From: Lingula anatina
Lineage: Eukaryota; Animalia; Brachiopoda
DNA length: 64,000 nucleotides
Direction of reading: 5' to 3'
Assembly (NCBI GenBank): GCA_051362555.1
Contig: CM120640.1
Coordinates: 12,648,001-12,712,000 of the forward strand
Position 1 is the stretch's first letter. Each line of letters opens with the position of its first letter. The notes below the pieces were generated by a model. It was given only the letters and a program-made list of their open reading frames with translations. It was not told the origin of the DNA and did not search any database. The position numbers and the translations under genes are program-made. This document shows, piece after piece, positions 54,541 through 64,000 of the stretch.

Positions 54541-54684
54541 ATGGCTGAAGCAGCAGGAGACGGGACCAGTAGTTCTGCTTCCACCTCCACACATCAGCTG
54601 CCACCCACATCTCCGCCACAACTTCCATCCACCTCTGGGATCCCAGTGCATGTGTTTCGCATGCAAGGACAGCATCTAGCTATG
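54541..54684 (+). CDS. Candidate alternative first coding exon 3 (MAEAAGDGTSSSASTSTHQLPPTSPPQLPSTSGIPVHVFRMQGQHLAM)
   Basis: GTGATGG start context, 48 open GC-rich codons and a phase-0 donor ATG|GTAATT followed by T-rich intron-like sequence. Confidence 0.6.
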
Positions 54685-56697
54685 GTAATTTTTATTTTCT
54701 GTTTTTAATAAACTACCATTTTAGTGCTGCATATTGAAAAGAATGTATTATAATTTTATTCTTTTTCTGTCGTTAGCGATAGGCATGATGATTCTAATGC
54801 CTTTGAAGAAGAAAATTAAGAAGTGAAGCATACAGCAGTTATATTGTGATGGAAATTATTATAGATAAAATTAATGGCATTGATAGAAGAGAGTAGGTTT
54901 GTTAGATCATTGGATGCTACACAAAATATGTCATCTATCACAAGTTTGAATAAAATGCACATCTGTTAACAGGTGCATATGTCACTTGTAACTCTTTATT
55001 ACACTTTTATTGTATTTAATGGAAACTTATTGTATTGGAAGTAAGATGGACTGACTGGCTTGATTAGCAATTTATGTTTTTTCCTAAAAAGGCAACAAGT
55101 AAAATGTTCGCAAATGATCAGTTGACATCCTTGATAGCAGATGGCTATTAAAAAGTCCAGATGATTATTTGTACAGTAATGTGGAATAACTGCTTCTGTA
55201 GAGCATGTTACAATTTGCTTAGTAGGTCCTATTGTTGTCTTTCTTTTTGATGTCATTTGATGATTGATGCCAAAGGTTTTTGCCTGCTGTAATAGTATAG
55301 GATGGAGATGAAGCAGTAAGCAGTATAATTTTCAGTGTGAATAATGTGAAAAAATCTTTGATATTTGAGAATTCAGTGAGCAAAACAAAAAGATGGTTGA
55401 AATGAAAGTTGAAATGAAAGCATATGGTTGCCGTCAAGACATAATCAGATCACATAACGGAAACCCTGTGTATTAGCGTTGATAGCGTAATTTATTGCAT
55501 TACCAATCGTCTGGACGAGGACATGTAAGGCTGAACACACAAGGTATTATTGATTCCATTTATTTGAGCTCCAGGCAACCATCTATTAGTAAAATAATAA
55601 AAAAAAGGAAGAGAGTGTCTTGTCCTAGCTCTGGGATTACTCTGTGTATTGTGGCTCTCAAGATTTATTGCAGTCCCTCCCATGTAATATTGAGCACTGC
55701 TTTAGATGAAGTATCATTTTTATCTAGAATGGATTGCCTTGAATCTGAAGTCAAGATGAGCGATTAATTCCTTCATTCACAGTGATAATCTTATAGGATC
55801 GTAATTAGTTTGTATAATCTCTGCATTGTGCTAGTACTTGCATTACAGGGAATTAATAGATGGCAAAAAAACTTGAATCTACATGTTTATGAATTTGGAT
55901 ATCACTCAAAGTAGATTTAAATATATAAATTTTGATTGAAAACCAAGCTTCATAAAAAGTATCAAAGAAGACCGTAGAAGGAAATGTCAGCCTTGGCCAT
56001 ACCCTGATGTCACAATTCTGCTCAGGAACTGAAATAGGATGTGTTATTTGGGGTTAAGAGAAATGCTAAAAACATGACATATGTTAAGTTCCTCTTTTAT
56101 CCCAAGGAAGCCTAAGAAGGCCTAGAATTTTGCATTTGTATGGTATGAATTAGAGAGGCTTATATGATAATCACAAAACTGTTAACAGGTAGGACATGCT
56201 TCTAAAAAGATTGTCTGGGGAGTTAGGTCATGGAAACAACATTCTAATGTATACCAACCTTTCTCCCAAAGTCTTAAGCTGATTTGATAATTGATTTTAA
56301 TAAGCAGATTTTTATAATGTTGAAATATTTTATCTTTTTGCAAATTTTTGCTGTCTCAAAACTGGGTCAAATATGTGACGTGTACCCTCTTCCAAAATCA
56401 GAGAGTTGGTGATAACATGTTTTGGTGCATTGTAATACCTTGAAAAGGATATGTGATGTCTTTCCAATAATGTAGCAAATTTACTAAATCTGATAAAAAT
56501 GATCAGATCCTAGACTGGAGTAGGATATAGCAACAACATTTTGCTTCAGAATTTTCCATTAGAAGTATCCATTATTCCTTCCAGAGCCCAGTGTTATGTA
56601 GGTTATTGCAGGTGGTTGTGATTATGTGTACCTTAGCATATGAAATCAGAGAGATATAGAACAGGTCCAAGAAACAACAGAAACAAGTGGGTCTGGA

Positions 56698-59600
56698 ATT
56701 ATTGTACCACCAGCGTTAGCGCTGGCGGTACACATGGTTTCGGTCCCGTCCGGATCGTTCCGCCGGCTCCGCCGGCTCCGCCGGCTCCGTTGGCTCCGCC
56801 GGACGGCTACCGTTACCGCTTCTCCTCCTAGACGGTAAGGGCCCCCGTACCCATCTCATGGATTTAGGTCACCTATAATCTCAACTCGTTCCACGTAAAA
56901 TTTGGGCTTTGTCGGTATTGGGGTTTGGGTGTGGCACTCATTGCAATGCACCCTTGTCTAAAAATGGCAAAATTAAATGCTAATTATCTACCCTACGGAA
57001 GGAGTTATGGGAAAAATTTCTATGGACGGCTTTCCAAAAGTCATATGTGTAGATTTCAAATATACCCTTGGATTTGACCTTTGACCTTTACTTCAAGGTC
57101 AAATGGGCCAAAATTTTCAAAAAAATGAAATTTTTTACGAAAAAAAAATTATTTGCCCTGTTATTCAGACACCACACAGACTTAACCAATAATATTATTG
57201 GAAGGTGTTACCCTTCAGGTCATCTTTCATCTCCATGAATTTGGGGTCAATCGGTGCATTTTCACGGGAGTAGCGGCCATAAGATACCGAAACTGAAAAC
57301 TGTCTCTAATTCGGGAACCGTTAATGCTAGAGACCCATTCTTTTTTGCATTTTGTAGAGCATGTAAAGCCCAACACTGGAGGTGGTCTCGGTTTTTTTGT
57401 ATTCCATACGGTTTTCGAGTTACGCTGTATCAAAAAGTACATATTGGTGGTAAAAGCAAAATGTGCAGTACGGTAATGGATAATAAATTTTGAACTCTGG
57501 AAAAATAAAACATAAGGCTTGGCAAAGCAGACAACTTGTGTTCAAAAATGACATTATTTCATCAAATTTGAACTTCTGAAACTTCAGAGCACCTCCTATT
57601 TCAAGAATTTTGACCAAAATGACATTTTCTTTATTTTAATTAATTTTTTCTGTACGAAATTTAAGGCACATTATGGTAACTCCAAAATTATAACATTTAG
57701 TCCCTTATATCTCCAAAACTGGCAGAGATAGGTCCATAGTTACTATTGAAGTTGAATAGGAAGTCATATACTGGCAATCTTACTATGACCTTGAAAGTGA
57801 CCTTTGACCTACTTTTCACCATGAACTGAACTTTGCAAATTTTTCTTCCCTTTTATCTCCAAAACTGGCAGAGATAGGTCCATAGTTACTATTGAAGTTG
57901 AATAGGAAGTCATATACTGGCAATCTTACTATGACCTTGAAAGTGACCTTTGACCTACTTTTCACCATGAACTGAACTTTGCAAATTTTTCTTCCCTTTT
58001 ATCTCCAAAACTGGCAGAGATAGGTCCATAGTTACTATTGAAGTTGAATAGGAAGTCATATACTGGCAATCTTACTATGACCTTGAAAGTGACCTTTGAC
58101 CTACTTTTCACCATGAACTGAACTTTGCAAAATTTTCTTCCCTTTTATCTCCAAAACTGGCAGAGATAGGTCCATAGTTACTATTGAACTTGAATAGGAA
58201 GTCATATACTGGCAATCTAAATGTGACCTTAAAATTGACCTTTGACCTACTTTTCACCATAAACTGAACTTTGCAAAATTTGCTTCCCTTTTATCTCCAA
58301 AACTGGCAGAGATAGGTCCATAGCTACTATTGAACTTGAATAGGAAGTCATATACTGGCAATCTAAATGTGACCTTAAAATTGACCTTTGACCTACTTTA
58401 CACCATGAACTGAATTTTGCAAATTTTGCTTTCCTTTTATCTCCAAAACTGGCTGAGATAGGTCCGTAGTTACTATTGAACTTGAATAGGAAGTCATATA
58501 CTGGCAATCTAAATAGGACCTTAAAATTGACCTTTGACCTACTTTACACCATGAACTGAATTTTGCAAATTTTGCTTTCCTTTTATCTCCAAAACTGGCT
58601 GAGATAGGGCCGTAGTTACTATTGAACTTGAATAGGAAGTCATATACTGGCAATCTAAATGTGACCTCAAAATTGACCTTTGACCTACTTTTCACCATAA
58701 ACTGAACTTTGCAAATTTTGCTTCCCTTTTATCTCCAAAACTGGCAGAGATAGGTCCATAGTTACTATTGAACTTGAATAGGAAGTCATATACTGGCAAT
58801 CTAAATGTGACCTTGAAATTGACCTTTGACCTACTTTTCACCATGAACTGAATTTTGCAAATTTTGCTTCCCTTTTATCTCCAAAACTGGCTGAGATAGG
58901 TCCATAGTTACTATTGAACTTGAATAGGAAGTCATATACTGGCAATCTAAATGTGACCTTGAAATTGACCTCTGACCTACTTTTCACCATGAACTGAACT
59001 TTGCAAATTTTGCTTTCCTTTTATCTCCAAAACTGGCAGAAATAGGTCCATAGTTACTATTGAACTTGAAAAGGAAGTCATATACTGGCAATCTAAATGT
59101 GACCTTAAAATTGACCTTTGACCTACTTTACACCATAAACTGAATTTTGCAAATTTTGCTTTCCTTTTATCTCCAAAACTGGCTGAGATAGGTCCGTAGT
59201 TACTATTGAAGTTGAATAGGAAGTCATATACTGGCATTATAAATGTGACATTAAAATTGACCTTTGTCCTACTTTTCACCATAAACTGAACTTTGCAAAA
59301 TTTTCTTCCCTTTTATCTCCAAAACTGGCAGAGATAGGTCCATAGTTACTATTGAACTTGAATAGGAAGTCATATACTGGCAATCTAAATGTGACCTTGA
59401 AATTGACCTTTGACCTACTTTTTATCATGAACTGAACTCTGCTAATTTCTTTCTCTTTTAACTTCAAACTTGACAGAGATAGGTCCATAGTTACTCTTGA
59501 ACTTGAATAGGAAGTCATATACTGGCAATTTACTGTGACCTTGAAATTGACCCTTGACCTACCTTACGAAGAACTTAAATTTGATTGTACCATATATATT

Positions 59601-59770
59601 TTTTGCAATAGTTTAAAAATTCTTGTTGATTGCATTTTTACAGCTTGTCAAGCACAAAACTGGTGGCTGTGTCCCTTATTTTGTGTATGTGGGGGTCTAT
59701 ACGAATGCGCTTGCTCCAGCTGGTGGTACAATATTCGGAGGCGGTATCGCCTCTCTGATCCTCTAGTTTT
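56698..59770 (+). mobile_element. Non-autonomous Helentron/HINE element (~3.07 kb) carrying a tandem array
   Basis: The 5' subTIR TATTGTACCACCAGC (56700-56714) has a nearby inverted copy GCTGGCGGTACA. A (CCGCCGGCT)n minisatellite spans 56760-56801. The 3' subTIR GCTGGTGGTACAATA (59719-59733) is followed by the stem-loop GAGGCG-gtat-CGCCTC and the terminus CTAGTTTT. Confidence 0.85.
57701..59565. repeat. 146-bp tandem satellite-like array, ~12.8 copies
   Basis: CTCCAAAACTGG recurs at 57711, 57857, 58003, 58149, 58441, 59171 and so on, at exact 146-bp steps. The last unit is diverged. Confidence 0.97.
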
Positions 59771-60277
59771 GTAATTATTTAAGCATGGGTGTTCCTTAGT
59801 CCCCATTAAAATATCCACTTGTGCTACACAATTCTGGCATCACAATGAGTTACCCAAAGTTAAAAAGAGATTGGGAGGGAATATAATAGGGGAGAAATGT
59901 CAAAATTGCCATCTCTTTGAGATTGGTCTTCTTCTATGTACTGAAAAGCAGTGAGTTTGTCAACGCTGTGATTCACAATTGAATTAACTAAATTTTTTTT
60001 GACATGAAAAAGGATGCTTTTCAATCTGTTGATAAAATCTTCTATACACACCTGTTACACAAAAGTGTGACTGTGCCCCGTAGAGTGTAATGTGGGATGT
60101 TTTCCTTTCTTTCTCCTTTTATTACTAAAATTGTGTTCAATCTGGACATCTTGGGTGTCTTTTACACCTCTCAATTAGCAGTGGTTTATCATGATACTAT
60201 AAAAACTGATGTCTTTCTCTAAGACTCAACATGTGAGGTTCAGGTTATAGCAAGCAAGAAAAAGGATCTTTCAAAAT

Positions 60278-60413
60278 GAGGCCCCTCACCAGGGGGGGGG
60301 GGGTTCAGGGGATTCTGAATAAATTTTATCTAGGTACACAAAGATTTTGCAGTAAAAGGTCCACTTTTTCTGAAAAAGAACCCCTCCTTTTGAAATTGCT
60401 GGCTACAGGCCTG
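60278..60413. mobile_element. Small degenerate MITE
   Basis: Imperfect TIRs GAGGCCCCTCACCAG versus CTGGCTACAGGCCTG, an internal G-run, and AAAAT on both flanks (possible 5-bp TSD). Confidence 0.5.
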
Positions 60414-62666
60414 AAAATGGTACATTAAATATGACCAAGAGGAATAAGAAACCAATATTGCCAATGTATAGAAAGGGATATATCTTTATATTATTAAAAT
60501 CCAAAAAGCTTATTTAAAGATAAATGGCTTTTTTTTCAGAAAATCAAATAATAGTGTCACCTGTTTCTAATGCCTGTACACAATGCATCATGTAGCATTA
60601 AATTGTTGTACACTTGTTCTGTACATACCTGTCATGCAGTGTGGTCAAATTTTTCTTCTTTGCCTGATCTGTTCACTCAGTGGCTGTGATCATCACTAAT
60701 TGCATTTGTCTGAGGCAAGTTTTGAAAGCAAACAATCAACACAGTAAGACGACCCAGATTACCTCAAAGAGCAGCTGAATTTGACACACACCTGAAGCTG
60801 AGGAAACATCCTTCATTTATGATCAGGTTTCTGGTGAAGTGTGTCTCTGTGGTCCTATTCATGCAGCTTTTTATTGGAATTTGAATTTTATCATTTTTGC
60901 TTTTGAATAAATAATGGAAACTTTAAATACAATAGGTGACACAAAGTATGGATATTTTATAAACTAGTCTGGCACAGATTAGATGAATTGTTTGCCTGTC
61001 TTCAACGTATGTAAGAACAGCCACAATCAATCTCCTTGAAAGTATCTTTGGTTCACAAATGACCGAGCAGTGACACTATAGTGTTCTTACTCTTGAGGAA
61101 AACTCTTCATGTCCATTGGACTGAAGTGGTCTTGAATTTATTCTTCTGAGATAATCCTAATCTCTGAGAACAGTCTTTGGTGGAGAAGACCAAATAAGCA
61201 TGAATCGTTTCTGTTCTGCAACAAGTTTAGTGCATTCATATAGATAAACTTTACTATAGGTTGAGTGCATTACATTTCACAGATTCTGATATCAGCGAAG
61301 TGTGTTTGAATGAAGGATAGTCATATTTGGGCCAGCACAATGTGCTGGGTCACAATGGAATAACCAAGAGCCTAACAGAAATGCTCTGCAGGATGATCCA
61401 GGTGAATTGACATTAAGACTGCAAACACACACCTATTATGATGAGCACCTTGGTTGGTACTTGAAAATATGTCAATGACCAAGTATCGTCAATGACCAAG
61501 TATCGTGATGGTTAAGTGTAAGATTAATGGTAAAGAAAACCTCTCATTTTAACAACCTTTGTGACAATTATGCTTAAACGTGAAAAAAGTACACCTATTA
61601 CTCTAAACAACTTAAGTGAAATTTACTTAAAACCAAATAAAAGTGCAACTATTATTCTAATACTTGAGGTCCATTTCTGAAAGAAAATGTGAGTCAAGTA
61701 AAGTTGAAGATCTATGTTTGTTGAACAAAACACTTCACTTCATTTGCAGAATGTTCACATTCAGCAGTGTTTCAGAATAAGGCCAACTATTTCTTATATT
61801 ATAAGATGTACTATTTATGGAAGAATTAAGCAATGCATATAGTGGGGCAAAGCTGGGCGACTTGAAAATTTTTCATTTATCTGCTTTTACATTACCTTTA
61901 AACTTTAAAATGTTAATGCTAAATCTTAATCCTCACTCATTTTTGGGAAAAAAACATCCAGATCGGATAGAAATACGACTTGCTCTAAAGTATCATTATG
62001 ATAAAGCATTCTCATTATTCTCAGTGCTTTTGCATTTTTATGCACTTATTTGTAATCTAATAAAACTTTGTGAAAAAAAAAATAATAACAATGCATAAAG
62101 CAGTAGAGAATCATAGTATGTAAGTCAGATTAATAAGAAGACAATCAGTTACAAAGCACTCTTTTAAAAATTATAAGGTGAATAATTAGGAAATTTCAGA
62201 GAGCCAGTAGACACAGGCTGTACCCACATTAAGTTCAAATGGGATTTTAGGAGATTTCTGAAAAGAATGATAAAAGTTTTAGTACTTAACTAATGAAAAA
62301 TTTGCGTTGTACAAAATTTTACTGTGGGATATCATTTCAAACACTTTCCAATTTGAAATCCATACTATTACTCTCCAAGAGGATGCAATCCCCAAGCTTA
62401 GCATTGTGTATGTTTCAGGGAAACTCATTATTGGATTTTCAGGAGAGAAGGTCTGCAGGTTTACCTTTTCACTGTGAAAATGTCAGTTGCTCCAGCCTCA
62501 GATTATGTAGGATGTTCACCACTGGCATGGCTTAGGCCACACTTTTTACTGAAATGTTTAAAATGTTCAACAAGGAAGACCAAGAATGTTTTTGGGAAAA
62601 CCTAGTTTTCAATTATCACATTTTTTTTATTAAAGGTAAATAAGTCCTTAAATAAGTCCAAGAGGT

Positions 62667-62975
62667 TATTTTTCAGATAATAATGTAAGTTCCTCTAATT
62701 ATTTGTGTAGAGGATAATTAAGCATAAAGAGCAAGACTAATTTACGTAATCTATTGAAAGTCAATCTTTAAATGTGAAATAGATTATAGAATAATTGTTA
62801 AGGCGAAGGGAAAAAAAATTCTATTTTCTATTTTCCAGATAATAATGTAAATTCCTCTAATTATATGTGAAAAAGATAATCAAACACAAAGAGGAAGGCT
62901 AATTTATGTTGTCTATTGAAAGTCATCCTTTAAATGTGAAATAGATCATAGAATGATTGTAAGGCCAAAGAAAAC
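62667..62975. repeat. Diverged tandem duplication, period ~162 bp
   Basis: CAGATAATAATGTAA..TTCCTCTAATTAT...CTATTGAAAGTCA..CTTTAAATGTGAAATAGAT occurs at 62674 and again at 62836. Confidence 0.85.
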
Positions 62976-64000
62976 AAATTTTTGAAAGAACTGTAGTATA
63001 GCAGCTGGGAAAGTACTTGAGCACTAAAACTTAATAGCTTGTCATCAGTCTTGAGACATTTTATGACTGCTTGCAGTGTCCATTACAGTGGCGTGACAAT
63101 GTTATGTGTTCGTGGTCTCTAAAGTTGACCACAGTTTACAGTTAAGGTAACGCCACTTAATATTTCCTACAGCCAGGAGTGTTTTGAGGTTTCAGATTGC
63201 GTTTGATTGACTCACCAGAGGTCACATATAGGGGACCTTTTCATTTATTTAGACAAGGGACAGACTGACGTTTGTAATAATTGGTCTCAATTTGATACTC
63301 TTTGCTGTTGTGGATCATTACCAATGGCTGCCACTAGTGGTGGTAGGTAATGAGGGGGCAATGATATGGTCAATGGATGCCGTCTGTGTGCAGGATTGGA
63401 GACGTGTTGACATTCAGTCTGATGATAAGCTTACTCTCTTTCCAGGTTTTATGTTTCCTATTTGTCTCCTACAAAATTTATGCCCACAATTGATTGAGGC
63501 GACACACATGATTTAATAGTATAAGACTGAGTGAATGTATATAATAAAAGGTAGAACAAGAGATGTGCATATTTGTTTACATGAAAATAGTGTCAATATT
63601 GAAAGTAAGAAGTAAAAATATTCATGTGATATTATGTTAAGTTTCATGATAAACCCTCCATCCTATTCAGATATAATTCAGGAAATTCATTTTTTTCATG
63701 TACCACCTTTGACCACAACCTATATATCAATTGCTACCACTGTGTAGTGTATTGTTACGGTATGATTGCAGCAGTGGCAGTGCAATTATATTATAGTATG
63801 ATACACTGTTAAGCTAACCTGATGTTGAATTCATTGGTATCTCTCCCAAGTGTTAAATATTTGACAGGTGATGGCCAAGAAACTTCTGGGGAGAAAAACT
63901 AATTAGCTAAGAGATGACAGTATCACAGGAATCATCAGTTTAACTTGGCATGTGTAGAATCCAGCAGGCTTTTGACCAAGATCCACTGATACAGTTTCAT

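Noticed and set aside
56640-56831. Pro/Ala-rich ORF (PPAPPAPPAP)
   Set aside because: It is the translation of the 9-bp minisatellite within the HINE element.
57701-59565. Regular repeat array as a CRISPR, or its repeated ORFs (58247-59518) as proteins
   Set aside because: Units are contiguous with no unique spacers, there are no cas genes, and the context is eukaryotic. The ORFs are frame-shifting by-products of a 146-bp period.

Overview
AT-rich, intron-rich animal genomic DNA. It is probably from a lophotrochozoan or mollusc-like invertebrate (an inference from the repeat types, CpG-depleted gene bodies and CpG-richer promoters). Most entries in the ORF track are exon fragments or chance ORFs. 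Splicing by hand gives three protein genes: a TRPA1-family channel (+, ~24 exons, start codon not found), MTCH2 (-, complete) and TRAPPC10 (+, complete, with one U12 minor intron). TRAPPC10 shares a ~0.5 kb divergent promoter with MTCH2. From ~38.4 kb to the end lies the probable 5' part of an unidentified large + strand gene with at least three candidate alternative first coding exons. Mobile DNA includes a decayed Academ-like (XPG-domain) transposon ~100 bp after the TRAPPC10 stop, two copies of a long-TIR Harbinger-like MITE (one nested in the Academ element), and two Helentron/HINE-type elements, one carrying a ~13x 146-bp array rich in nuclear-receptor motifs. I found no evidence for a wholly new multi-gene system; the best leads are the points listed under findings. 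Family assignments come from motif recognition and recalled human sequences, not database searches, and exon edges were read by hand.
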